This document shows positions 1 to 9,194 of a stretch of 64,000 nt of DNA, piece by piece. A program made the translations under genes and the position numbers. The notes under the pieces are model-generated. The model worked only from the letters and a program-made list of their open reading frames with translations. It did not search any database and had not been told where the DNA came from. Position 1 is the stretch's first letter, and every line of letters begins with the position of its first letter. Origin of the DNA: an uncultured candidate division WWE3 bacterium (GTDB lineage: Bacteria > Patescibacteriota > WWE3 > UBA101185 > UBA10185); assembly GCA_903879985.1 (NCBI GenBank), contig CAIRNR010000007.1, forward strand, positions 280,079-344,078, read 5' to 3'.

Positions 1-33
1 GTCCATTGCCGTAGGTATTGGGTTATTTTGCGG

Positions 34-74
34 AAGCAAAAAATAACCTCCGAGTATATAAATAGGCTCGGAGG
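34..74 (-). terminator. Rho-independent terminator downstream of ORF 102..368(-)
   Basis: Inverted repeat cctccgag...ctcggagg at 47-74. On the minus strand it is followed by TTATTTTTTGC, the complement of 31-41. Confidence 0.5.
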
Positions 75-101
75 CTTTTGCAAGAAATTAGCTTGGGAAT
101 G

Positions 102-368
102 CTAATTGTTGCGAGGATCGGTTTTTGGAGCATCCCGAATGATATTTCCGACGGAATCAAAGCGGATTGTGACCTGCATCTGTGATTTTCCCCTGGTAGA
201 TGAAGTCGAATGGCTGGCAGCTGCAATAGCGGCACGACCTGCAGGAGAATTAAGGTCAATTCCCTTTTCAGTAAGTTCCGCGGCAACCTGGGATTTCGGA
301 CAATCTGCAGAATGTTCAAAAACCTCGCCGGTACTACGATCAGTCTGGATCAATTTTCCTTTGAGCAT
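102..368 (-). CDS. small hypothetical protein (88 aa)
   Basis: Best-looking frame among three overlapping ORFs, with a terminator hairpin just 3' of it. Locally GC-richer than surroundings. No family recognised. Confidence 0.35.
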   Translation of the reverse strand: MLKGKLIQTDRSTGEVFEHSADCPKSQVAAELTEKGIDLNSPAGRAAIAAASHSTSSTRGKSQMQVTIRFDSVGNIIRDAPKTDPRNN

Positions 369-469
369 TTTTCCCTACTTTCTTATTGGTTTAGGATAAT
401 TCCGCAGATAATAACACAAAAATAGACCCTATAGCAAGTATCGCCAGGGAAGTGTGTTTATTGAAAAAA

Positions 470-1225
470 CTAAATCGTGATGTACTTCAAACGCTCAAAA
501 TTCTTACCAGGTTCCAACTTGGACTCTGCCAAAAATTCATTCTCTACTGTATCGGCATCAAAAGCGTTTTTGTGTTGTAACAAAGCACTTCTTTTTCTTT
601 CAAAATACTTAGTAATATCAAAATATAAAACATCCGGATACGCATAGGCGTCAGAAAACATTAGTTCATTAACAGTATGTGGCGTTAAATTAAATTTTGT
701 AAAATGCTCGGGAAAAAATCCCCTATCTCGTGAATAAGGATATGCTGCATCCAAAACAATAGAAGCTGTCCCACGATGATCTCGATGATTTACCCAATGA
801 ACATCTTCGGAAAAAGTATTAATAGGATCAAAGGGATTTTGGGTAATAATTAAATCAGGTTTAAATTGGCGAATGTGAAAAACAACGCGCTCAATATTGG
901 CAAGAGTGTTTTCAACTGTTCCATCAGGAATTTCTAAATTAAAGTTTTCTTCTTTGGGCAAACCAAGTTCTATACCCGCGGCGATTTGTTCCGCGATACG
1001 CATCTTTCCAAACTGTTCCTCGGTAACATCAGTACGATCCTGAAAACCTTTTCCGCCGTTCGTCATTACAACCAATCTAACTTTTTTACCTTCATCAATT
1101 AAGCGAGCAACAATTCCGCCACAGATAATTTCGTTATCATCTGGATGTGCCATTACAACTAACACGCGTTCTTTATTTCCAAATATCTTTTCAAATGAAT
1201 CCTTTATTATTGTTGTTATTGGCAT
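470..1225 (-). CDS. PIG-L/LmbE-family N-acetylglucosaminyl deacetylase-like protein
   Basis: N-terminal VVMAHPDDNE motif (AHPDDE zinc-site signature of the LmbE/PIG-L fold). About 250 aa. Confidence 0.7.
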   Translation of the reverse strand: MPITTIIKDSFEKIFGNKERVLVVMAHPDDNEIICGGIVARLIDEGKKVRLVVMTNGGKGFQDRTDVTEEQFGKMRIAEQIAAGIELGLPKEENFNLEIPDGTVENTLANIERVVFHIRQFKPDLIITQNPFDPINTFSEDVHWVNHRDHRGTASIVLDAAYPYSRDRGFFPEHFTKFNLTPHTVNELMFSDAYAYPDVLYFDITKYFERKRSALLQHKNAFDADTVENEFLAESKLEPGKNFERLKYITI

Positions 1226-1227
1226 AA

Positions 1228-1797
1228 TTAATATCCTTTAATTTCGTTCCAGTCTACTTCAAGATCTTCCCAAGGCGCAACAACTAATCCGTTAATAACA
1301 TCTCCAACGATTGGTTCTTTTTCGCTAGTGTATGCGCCACTAAAAACTTTTTCAATTCCAGGAATGGAATCATGACCTATTTCAAGCCAAGTTATTGCAG
1401 CATAAAATTTTGCAGTTGGATAAAGTGATTTAAGGTCAGCAAGTGCGGATTTTAAAGTTGTTCCTGAAGTTAAACAGGCATCACAAATTAATACATTTAA
1501 TTCTTCGGGTAAGGCATAGGTTATCTTTGGTATTTCAATTCGATCTATAAGTTTGCCGTTCTGGTACATGTAATAAACAGGAATAATGTTTTTGATTTCT
1601 AAACGGGCCGCGATATGAAAAGCCGGGAAAGCACCACTTCGGAGTAATGGCACGACCATATTAAATTTCATGTTGTTTTCAGTTTGATAGTCGGTGATTT
1701 TTTGGGTAAGCACGTCCATGTTTTTGCCAAAACGCTCATAGGTTATTTGGACTAGTTGTTCTTTTTTATACATTCCCATGTAGGAAATATAGCACAA
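1228..1797 (-). CDS. phosphoribosyltransferase (type I PRTase) domain protein
   Basis: VLICDACLTSGTTL resembles the PRPP-binding loop (hhhhDDhhTTGgT). Confidence 0.5.
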   Translation of the reverse strand: MCYISYMGMYKKEQLVQITYERFGKNMDVLTQKITDYQTENNMKFNMVVPLLRSGAFPAFHIAARLEIKNIIPVYYMYQNGKLIDRIEIPKITYALPEELNVLICDACLTSGTTLKSALADLKSLYPTAKFYAAITWLEIGHDSIPGIEKVFSGAYTSEKEPIVGDVINGLVVAPWEDLEVDWNEIKGY

Positions 1798-1884
1798 GGG
1801 CTATGTTGTTGGAAATGCCGCAAAATTGGACAACAGTCCCATAGTATAGTATAAAGGCATTAGAAAAAGTGGAGGAGGAAGAGT

Positions 1885-2067
1885 ATGGGAATGCACGGAA
1901 TATCAGGATTTTATGGCAACAAACCAAGGACTATGCATAAATCCGCTGGGATGATCACGTGTCCAAAATGTAGCAAAGATTTTTACCCGGGAGAACATAT
2001 GAGCAAAACACAACCCGGTCACGTGGTTTGCCCAAAATGTAGTCATGTCTTTAAGTTGGAGAAGTAA
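1885..2067 (+). CDS. zinc-ribbon miniprotein (2x CPKCS)
   Basis: Strong SD GGAGGAGG 6-8 nt upstream. Two CPKC motifs form a four-Cys ribbon. Terminator follows. Confidence 0.5.
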   Translation: MGMHGISGFYGNKPRTMHKSAGMITCPKCSKDFYPGEHMSKTQPGHVVCPKCSHVFKLEK

Positions 2068-2074
2068 CGTAAGT

Positions 2075-2108
2075 AATACCCTGTGAACTAAAATTCTCCG
2101 GGTATTTT
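2075..2108 (+). terminator. Rho-independent terminator
   Basis: taccctg...cgggta hairpin followed by T8. Confidence 0.5.
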
Positions 2109-2131
2109 TTTTGAGTAAAAGATACAGAATA

Positions 2132-2464
2132 CTACTTTTCAAACACAACAAAATGTCTGCCGCCCAATATTTGCGTCGGTACAATGATCAAAACATACTT
2201 TTGATCGTCCCAGTTGTTATAGGTTTCTTTTTTAAATGCCTCGCTTAGGTAAGCTTGAAAGGTTTTATTTTGTTCACGATTTGCTGACATTGGAATAAAT
2301 TCGTGCAAGTGACAAACAACTGTAGGATCTGATTTCCAAGTTTCACCTTTGGCTAGTGCCGCTGTAGATAGAATGGCATATAAGTCTTTAGCCGCACTCA
2401 AAAATTCATCGTTAGTTGGTATTTTGTTGAAACTGTTTTGGTATAGTTCTATGAAGTTTTTCAT
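2132..2464 (-). CDS. hypothetical protein (110 aa)
   Basis: Intact ORF in an operon-like array with the downstream minus-strand genes. Confidence 0.4.
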   Translation of the reverse strand: MKNFIELYQNSFNKIPTNDEFLSAAKDLYAILSTAALAKGETWKSDPTVVCHLHEFIPMSANREQNKTFQAYLSEAFKKETYNNWDDQKYVLIIVPTQILGGRHFVVFEK

Positions 2465-2478
2465 ATATTAATTGTATC

Positions 2479-3282
2479 CTATTGTTTTATAAAATAAGCG
2501 GTCTTCTCTTTATACGTATCTAATTTTTCTGAATATTCTTTAATATAGTCAAAGGTATGACCTGAAAACTCCTGCTCTCTTATACCTCTTACAAACTCCA
2601 TATTTTGAAGTAATTGAATAAATCCATCTGTATAAACGCAAACAAGATCGTTTTGTTTTAGATCAACCTCGCCCAGCTGAAGATACTTAATAAAACCTTC
2701 CCTACCGTCAATTATTCCATACCCATATTCTTTTCCATCGTGAAGGTAAACATTATTTCTTATTTCTTTTCGCCACAATTTTCGAGTTTCCGGTTTTGAC
2801 CAATCGTAATTTGAATCTAATATTTTTGCCGATTGTTCTACGTAAGACCTTAGCATTGGGTGGTCCTGATAATCAGCACTAAATACAGAAATAAAGCAAT
2901 CATCAAGTACACCATATAAAAGTTTGTTGCCAGTAATACATACAACAGATGACGCTGCGGCACCAATTGTGTAACCATTATTTTCCCGGTCTTTAAAAAG
3001 CGGGCGTGATTGATTATATTGCTGCACAATTTTGTTGGCTTCAATGTATGCTTGTTTTATATTTTCTAAGTTAGGTTGTTTTTCTGAAAGATATTTAAGT
3101 ACTTCCTCACAAATAATTTGAGCAACTTTTGCTGAGTCAGATGGGATAGGATAAATACCGTTTGCGTCTTTATCATGTGTAACACCATCAGCTACAACAA
3201 AAATGCTTGCATTATTTGCATAGGCATCTTCTTGTGGATTATAAGGTTCTTTTCGACTATTTTCGTGATAAAGAATATGCAT
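2479..3282 (-). CDS. PP2C/SpoIIE-like (PPM-type) phosphatase-fold protein
   Basis: FVVADGVTHD (cf. FGVFDGHGG), GNKLLYGVLDDCF (cf. NKLYVANVGDSR), VCVYTDGF (cf. VLASDGLWD). Confidence 0.45.
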   Translation of the reverse strand: MHILYHENSRKEPYNPQEDAYANNASIFVVADGVTHDKDANGIYPIPSDSAKVAQIICEEVLKYLSEKQPNLENIKQAYIEANKIVQQYNQSRPLFKDRENNGYTIGAAASSVVCITGNKLLYGVLDDCFISVFSADYQDHPMLRSYVEQSAKILDSNYDWSKPETRKLWRKEIRNNVYLHDGKEYGYGIIDGREGFIKYLQLGEVDLKQNDLVCVYTDGFIQLLQNMEFVRGIREQEFSGHTFDYIKEYSEKLDTYKEKTAYFIKQ

Positions 3283-3872
3283 TATAAGGTTGCGAGCTCC
3301 TCAATGTATTTCTTAATTTTTGCGTCCAATAAGTCGAGACGCTTTTCATGTATCTCACGTGAAATGTCAAAGTTGTACATGCTAGGCATTTTAGGTAACC
3401 AGTTCTTGTAAACTTCCACAGCCGCATTGTAAAAGTAGTCTTTACTCATTAATCCAGCTTTTATCGCGTCGATTGCAATTCTAAATCTTTCATCCGACAA
3501 AATTTCCAACTTAGCGGCGTCCTGTAAGATTTTTCCCTCGAGGTAATTTGGCGTCGAACCAAACTCGTGATTTTTTATACTATCCAAAACTATTTCTTTG
3601 CTTTCATTTGAAACTTTAAACGCCAGATAATCAGCTATAACGTGGCATATTCTCTTATCTGTATAGTCTAAGCCGATAATTTGTACATCGTGCCACCAAC
3701 ATATAAGTTCTACTATATCCACATCAAAAGGCTCTTTAATAGCCGCAATAATTTCCTTAGCGTTCAACCATGTTCTGTAGTGATGCGTTATTTCATGTGC
3801 GTAATTCTGAGGATTATTTACTTCGTTGGTCTGCGCTTCTTTAATTAATGTAAGTAGTAATTGTTTGTTCAT
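3282..3872 (-). CDS. HD-domain phosphohydrolase-like protein
   Basis: AHEITHH ... LICWWHD spacing is consistent with the H...HD metal-binding motif. Confidence 0.4.
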   Translation of the reverse strand: MNKQLLLTLIKEAQTNEVNNPQNYAHEITHHYRTWLNAKEIIAAIKEPFDVDIVELICWWHDVQIIGLDYTDKRICHVIADYLAFKVSNESKEIVLDSIKNHEFGSTPNYLEGKILQDAAKLEILSDERFRIAIDAIKAGLMSKDYFYNAAVEVYKNWLPKMPSMYNFDISREIHEKRLDLLDAKIKKYIEELATL

Positions 3873-3933
3873 ATAATCATTATACGGGAAAAGCAGATTT
3901 ATTTTTTTCGACCGAGGTTATAAAATTATAAAT

Positions 3934-4398
3934 ATGGATATAAAAAACGAACTACTAAACTTTCTTAAAAAAAATCAGTTAATGACCTTAGCTACCTCAA
4001 GCGAAACAGGACCTTGGGCGGCGAATGTTTTCTACACTGTTGACGATAATTTCAACATTTACTTTATTAGCGCAGAAATCGCCAAACATGTGAAGGATAT
4101 TGAAAAAAACAGTAAAGTCGCATTGGCCATTGCGAACACCGATCAGAAATTTTATACACAAAAAATTGGTGTGCAAATTACAGGAATAGCTAACAAGATA
4201 GAACCTCAAAGTGAAGAATACCAAAAAGGTTTAGATTTGGTATTTGACGCTATATGGGGTTACAAAGACGAAAAACTTCTTGAACTAAACACAGTTAAGC
4301 ACATGGTAGGAGCGCTTTTTAAAATAAAGATAGTAAGCGCAAAGTTTTTGGATGAAACACTTTTTGGGGAACATGTTTCCAAAGAGATAGATTTTTAG
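3934..4398 (+). CDS. pyridoxamine 5'-phosphate oxidase-like FMN-binding split-barrel protein
   Basis: LATSSETGPWAANVFYTVDD is a typical PNPOx-like or general-stress-26 N-terminal strand. Confidence 0.6.
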   Translation: MDIKNELLNFLKKNQLMTLATSSETGPWAANVFYTVDDNFNIYFISAEIAKHVKDIEKNSKVALAIANTDQKFYTQKIGVQITGIANKIEPQSEEYQKGLDLVFDAIWGYKDEKLLELNTVKHMVGALFKIKIVSAKFLDETLFGEHVSKEIDF

Positions 4399-4402
4399 TT
4401 TT

Positions 4403-4477
4403 TGGTGACCCCACGGAGAGTCGAACTCCGGTTAACGGAATGAGAATCCGTTGTCCTGACCATTAGACGATGGGGCC
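4403..4477 (-). tRNA. tRNA-Glu (anticodon CUC)
   Basis: Manual cloverleaf: acceptor GGCCCCA/TGGGGTC, T-loop TTCGACT, anticodon loop TTCTCAT, 3' ACCA encoded. Confidence 0.8.
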
Positions 4478-4674
4478 GCGGGACGAAACGAGCCTTTAGG
4501 CGAGTACAGTGACGCGGTGCGTTTCCGAGCGTTGTGCATTTCGCGAGAGGTGCTATCCACAGCAAATTCCCCCATATTTTACCAGAAAAACAACATATGC
4601 CATAACACCTCCCTACACAGCCCGCTTTCTCACAGTTGCGCGCAGAATATTACGCACGTACAATAAATACAGTG

Positions 4675-5097
4675 ATGGAAAGAAGTTACAAAAAATACAT
4701 TCTCATAATTTCCATACTTTCAATATTATCCATAGGAAGTTATATTTTCTTTGTAAGTTATCAACCAAAAGTTTTTAAAGTTGCCGAAGCTGTAAAAGGT
4801 GCAAACACAGGAGATACCTTTTCATTTCCTTACCCTGAAAACTCAGAAAAGATTGGGTTCAACCAAAATTCAAACTTACAACAAACTACGTTTCAAACAA
4901 CAAAAAATCCACAAGAAGTCGTAACTTTTTATAAAGGTGTTTTTCAAGACAAAGGTTGGGAACTTGATGCTGAAATAGAAAATACAAATGAGTTTATAAC
5001 AAAGTTCAAAAAAGGTAATCAACGCGCTACTGTAATTTCAACAACAACTGATGGTTCTAATTTTACAATTGTAAGCGTGGAATTAGCTTTTCTTTAA
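4675..5097 (+). CDS. membrane-anchored hypothetical protein
   Basis: N-terminal TM segment (YILIISILSILSIGSYIFFV). Start trimmed to an internal Met. Confidence 0.4.
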   Translation: MERSYKKYILIISILSILSIGSYIFFVSYQPKVFKVAEAVKGANTGDTFSFPYPENSEKIGFNQNSNLQQTTFQTTKNPQEVVTFYKGVFQDKGWELDAEIENTNEFITKFKKGNQRATVISTTTDGSNFTIVSVELAFL

Positions 5098-5108
5098 TTA
5101 ACTTAACG

Positions 5109-7001
5109 TTACTTCGTTCCTACTAAATAAACTGCTCTCCAAGGTTGGTAAACACTATTAAACGTATCGTTGTACAAAACCTGATCACCTTTTTTAACAG
5201 TTCGTGTAAGTTTTACGTTTGCACCCCATGCTGGAAAATCTACTTGCTTAATTGTTCCCTTTGCTAAAGTTGGATCATCTTGATACAACGCTGGTGGAGG
5301 TGGCGCTTCGTTAGTGATTAGTGGTTTTGGAATATCAACCGTACGACCGTCGGATGTACCATACAATCTAAAAGTTAAACTTTGCTCGTCTGCATTATAT
5401 TCAGACTGGACCAACACGTAATTGGCTGTATCGTTTTTAAACTGGAAATCCCAAGATGGTTGAAAGATAGCCGCATCAAAACCAACAGGCATATCTTGTT
5501 CGTAATATCCAACTCTATATGCGTGAGGATATCTCATTACAACGGGTAAACCCGAATTTAAAACCGCTCTAAACAAAGTTGTAGATGTTTGGCAAACTCC
5601 ACCGCCCTCTCCTAAAACGGTGCGACCTTCGGAAATAATATACGCGGTATTATAACCAGTTTTTAAACTAATTTCGCCAATAGCATTATTTAAAGAATAA
5701 ATTGCACCTGGTGCTACCAAAACACCGTTGGTTCTTTCGGCCGCCAAGGATAAGTTATGTATTCTACCGGGAATAGAACCTTTAAAATGTGAACTTCCCT
5801 CACCCAATAATTGCAAAATTCCATATTGCTCTTTACTTGCCGGACCTGACACCGATTTCATTGGTAACTCTAACGTGGGTTTTGCAGCAAACAAGGCGTT
5901 TTTAAAATCAGCTTCAAATTGTTTGTCATCTAAAGCCTTGCCGTCTTGAGTTATTTCAAAACCTGTTACGTTATTACCATCGGTGCTTGTAACCTGACCG
6001 CGTGGAAGTTCGTTAACGTCGTTTGCGATACCATCAGAAAACGCCTGAAACTTTGGATCATCAATTGTAAACAAAACCTCGCCATTGTCCTTTGTTACTG
6101 TTACAAAGTTTAATAATTGTTCTGGTTTTAAAACCCACTGTTTTTGTGCATGAGAAATAGTCATTGAATTTGCAGTTATTTTTTCAGCCTGTTGTTGCAA
6201 ACCCGTAAGATCAGTATCGTAAATCTTTGGTGTCACTGTTTTTATAGGTAATTCTTTTGAAGAAAAATCGAGTGAATTAAAAGAACCAATTACTATGTTA
6301 TATAAAGAATCATCCACAACTTTGTGGCCTTCATTTGAAGGAGTCACATAAAGTTTCCCATCTTTATATGCAAAAGCAGCATTTGCGGCATCAACATTAA
6401 TACCTGCTTTTATTGCCGAGAATTTGTTACTTAAAGTTTCATCGTTATAATCGTAATAAGCCACTATTGAAACAGGTTTTATGAAACCCGCTATTTTGTC
6501 TTTAGCATCTATTAAAAAGTTTCCAGTACGACCGACTTTAAAGGCACGCGCTAAAGTTGCATTCCAATCGTAAACCAAACTAATATCTGAAGTGTTTATC
6601 GGATAAGTTTTATCTTGGTAAGTTAAATTTATGGTTTGATTTGTTGCGTTAATTCCCTGCAAAGCTTTTTGTGCTTCAACATAAGTCATACCACCTACTC
6701 GAACGTTTCCAACAACTACTCCTGGAATAATACGTTGCGCGAATATTACATGGTACGAAACAAATAAAAGTAAAACAAAGTAAGCGAGTAAAAATATTGG
6801 TCTGAAAAAAATATTTTTGATGCGTTTAATAATTGTGGGCATGCCCGAAGTTACGTGTTCGGCCACAGAATCAGCAACAGAGTCTGAAGGTTCAAAAACC
6901 ATGGGCACCTCAGCCACGACTTCATTTACAGTAAGATTAGACTTTTTGTTGTCTTTCTTATTCTTTTTGGTCACTGGGATTCCCGTTGCGCTCATTGGCA
7001 A
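5109..7001 (-). CDS. VanW-family protein with C-terminal G5-like domain
   Basis: VLGEGGGVCQTSTTLFRAVLNSGLPVV matches the VanW core. N-terminal TM segment. May start at an internal Met (~6905), which would avoid the overlap with the NYN gene. Confidence 0.65.
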   Translation of the reverse strand: MPMSATGIPVTKKNKKDNKKSNLTVNEVVAEVPMVFEPSDSVADSVAEHVTSGMPTIIKRIKNIFFRPIFLLAYFVLLLFVSYHVIFAQRIIPGVVVGNVRVGGMTYVEAQKALQGINATNQTINLTYQDKTYPINTSDISLVYDWNATLARAFKVGRTGNFLIDAKDKIAGFIKPVSIVAYYDYNDETLSNKFSAIKAGINVDAANAAFAYKDGKLYVTPSNEGHKVVDDSLYNIVIGSFNSLDFSSKELPIKTVTPKIYDTDLTGLQQQAEKITANSMTISHAQKQWVLKPEQLLNFVTVTKDNGEVLFTIDDPKFQAFSDGIANDVNELPRGQVTSTDGNNVTGFEITQDGKALDDKQFEADFKNALFAAKPTLELPMKSVSGPASKEQYGILQLLGEGSSHFKGSIPGRIHNLSLAAERTNGVLVAPGAIYSLNNAIGEISLKTGYNTAYIISEGRTVLGEGGGVCQTSTTLFRAVLNSGLPVVMRYPHAYRVGYYEQDMPVGFDAAIFQPSWDFQFKNDTANYVLVQSEYNADEQSLTFRLYGTSDGRTVDIPKPLITNEAPPPPALYQDDPTLAKGTIKQVDFPAWGANVKLTRTVKKGDQVLYNDTFNSVYQPWRAVYLVGTK

Positions 7002-7536
7002 AGTCCTTTAATGATTTAAATTTGGTTTTATTTGCACCAATTAAAAACTTTTCCGGGGATTCTGCCATATCAACTACAAAATCGGCAGTACCGAATAATC
7101 TTCCTGAACCTGTTGGGCTAAAGGCGATAACTTCGGTTCTAACACCCTGACTTCTAGCGTACTCCAAAAGATCCGTGTAGTCACCATCTCCAGACACTAA
7201 AATCATGACATCGATCTTTGGCAACATTCTAACCGCATCCATACAAAGTCCTACGTCCCAGTCACCTTTTTTGGCACCACCAAAAAATACCTGAAGTTCT
7301 TTTTCTTTTACCTCAAAACCTATTTTATGTAAGGCTTCAAAAAACTCTTTTTCCGCCCCAACGTCGGCTTTAATGACATAAGCAAAGGCTCGAACTAATC
7401 GACGACCTGCTACACCTGTAAATAAAACCTTACTAAAGTCTACTTTGGCTTGGTAAAGGTTTTTAGCGGAATAGTACATGTTTTGGACATCTACAAAAAC
7501 GCCCACTCTTTGTTCTTTGTGTTGGGTTGGATTCAT
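6958..7536 (-). CDS. NYN-domain (LabA-like) protein
   Basis: VFVDVQN ... ILVSGDGDY are NYN/DUF88 signatures. Confidence 0.6.
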   Translation of the reverse strand: MNPTQHKEQRVGVFVDVQNMYYSAKNLYQAKVDFSKVLFTGVAGRRLVRAFAYVIKADVGAEKEFFEALHKIGFEVKEKELQVFFGGAKKGDWDVGLCMDAVRMLPKIDVMILVSGDGDYTDLLEYARSQGVRTEVIAFSPTGSGRLFGTADFVVDMAESPEKFLIGANKTKFKSLKDFANERNGNPSDQKE

Positions 7537-7661
7537 ATGTGTATTTTAGCTTATGTGGTTTTTATTTGAAATAGCTTTGTAAAGTGGGCGGTTTTGCTGG
7601 CGACAGACACGTTAAGGTGCTAAAATCCATGTGCTAGTTGCCCGTGATAATATTTGACTGT

Positions 7662-7735
7662 TGGGGGATCGTCTAATGGTAGGACGACGCACTCTGGATG
7701 CGCCAATTGGGGTCCGACTCCCTATCCCCCAGCCA
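7662..7735 (+). tRNA. tRNA-Gln (anticodon CUG)
   Basis: Manual cloverleaf with a U1:A72 acceptor pair (typical of bacterial tRNA-Gln), anticodon loop CTCTGGA, T-loop TCCGACT, CCA encoded. The extended -10 TGATAATAT lies just upstream. Confidence 0.8.
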
Positions 7736-7783
7736 AAACAGCTATTTTTGCACCAAACCCAAAACCCGCGATATAATTACCAC

Positions 7784-8197
7784 ATGAAAATACCAGAAAC
7801 AATAAAAACAAATGAACCTGCAACCGAAGATATAATTTTAAATACAGCGTCCGAACTCGGAATCATACTTCCTGAAGATTTAAATAATTTTTATAAAAAA
7901 TCAAACGGCGCCGAAGGTACTTTAGGAACACAAGGATATATACAAATCTGGCCAATCGATACATTATCTGAAAGAAACAAGAAAATGGAAACTACAAGCA
8001 ACTTACCAGAATCAATAATTTTTGCATCGAATGGCGGCTCTTTTAATTACGGTTATTCTGCGGAACGAGGCAATGAACACTACTTTATGGTTGATCCAAT
8101 TAGCATGAAAGACGATATTTTTGAAGGTGGAAAAACTTTAGAGGAGCTATTCGCACGAATTGGAGACGGTGTACTAGAGCGAATGAACTTGGAATAA
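7784..8197 (+). CDS. SUKH/SMI1-KNR4-like protein
   Basis: LPEDLNNFYKKSNG ... ASNGGSF pattern resembles the SUKH-1 superfamily. The ORF-track N-terminus overlaps the tRNA, so the start is trimmed to MKIPETIK. Confidence 0.4.
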   Translation: MKIPETIKTNEPATEDIILNTASELGIILPEDLNNFYKKSNGAEGTLGTQGYIQIWPIDTLSERNKKMETTSNLPESIIFASNGGSFNYGYSAERGNEHYFMVDPISMKDDIFEGGKTLEELFARIGDGVLERMNLE

Positions 8198-8202
8198 CAC
8201 TG

Positions 8203-8718
8203 CTAGTTTCTTATAGGCAAAAAGCTAATATAAAAATTTGGGTTTCCGTAAAGTGAAAAACCATCTGGATACGTTTTTGCAGCAGTCACACCATCGCGTA
8301 CTACTTTGAGATTTGTGGTAATTGGTTTTCCATCTTCTGTAATAGGCGTGACATAAACCCAAACTGTCTTACCTACCATATCCTTTGCTAAAGCTCCAAC
8401 AACAACACCTTTACTATCTATAATTCTTCCACGTGCTCCACGTGCCTTTGAAGCCTCAGGTAATACGTCGCCACCAAGCTCCGTAATGATCCAAACATTA
8501 TTTACCGCGATTCTACAAATACCATCTCGATTACAAGCGTCATCAATAGCCGTAACTTGTCCGACAAAATCTACACCGCCTGGTAAGAGAGTTATCGAAG
8601 TATTTTCAACAGTTTTAATCGCCTGTTCCATAACCAAATTTTTATATAAAAGCATGGCCGCTACTTCGATTAGCAATATCAAAATGATGATTAATATGAC
8701 CTGTCTGGACATATACAT
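8203..8718 (-). CDS. membrane-anchored hypothetical protein
   Basis: N-terminal TM segment followed by a soluble domain. Start trimmed to an internal Met. Confidence 0.4.
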   Translation of the reverse strand: MYMSRQVILIIILILLIEVAAMLLYKNLVMEQAIKTVENTSITLLPGGVDFVGQVTAIDDACNRDGICRIAVNNVWIITELGGDVLPEASKARGARGRIIDSKGVVVGALAKDMVGKTVWVYVTPITEDGKPITTNLKVVRDGVTAAKTYPDGFSLYGNPNFYISFLPIRN

Positions 8719-8795
8719 ATAGTTTACCGCAAGTGAGGAGAAAAAGTAGATCCCCCTTGCCAAAATATTTAAGCAAAGAGGATCTTTGTAAAACG

Positions 8796-9140
8796 TTACG
8801 ATTCCAATTTAAATTGTTGCCTGAAAAGTTCCAAATAGGACGTAAATAAGGTGACATTAATATTCACGGCCTTAATACCGGGAATTTCAGGTTCTTGGGT
8901 AGTCCAGACATAAATACAAGGCAATTTCTTCGAAAGATCTGATACCTTCCAGAAGAAACTATCCCATCTGCCCTTACCATGCCCTACAACAAACAAGCCG
9001 TCGAATTTTTCAACTGCTTCAGTCACACTGCTGAAATGCTGAAAAGTTATAATGCCATTGTTGCGCATATATTCAAGCAATGGAAGAAATGAAAATTCGT
9101 CGGCTTCGCTACATATATAAGCGATTCGCTTTATAGCCAC
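8796..9140 (-). CDS. hypothetical protein (114 aa)
   Basis: Intact ORF with no recognised motif. Confidence 0.3.
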   Translation of the reverse strand: MAIKRIAYICSEADEFSFLPLLEYMRNNGIITFQHFSSVTEAVEKFDGLFVVGHGKGRWDSFFWKVSDLSKKLPCIYVWTTQEPEIPGIKAVNINVTLFTSYLELFRQQFKLES

Positions 9141-9194
9141 AATTACTCTCCTTTGATCAGATTTGCGTACATTTTACCACAAATGACTTATAGC

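Noticed and set aside
23-425. Three mutually overlapping ORFs at the window start (23..319-, 106..399+, 210..425+)
   Set aside because: Low-complexity or implausible translations. Only the 102..368(-) frame looks protein-like and has a terminator, so the others are treated as shadow frames.
7661-7783. N-terminal extension of ORF 7661..8197
   Set aside because: It overlaps tRNA-Gln on the same strand. The real start is taken as the internal Met at 7784.
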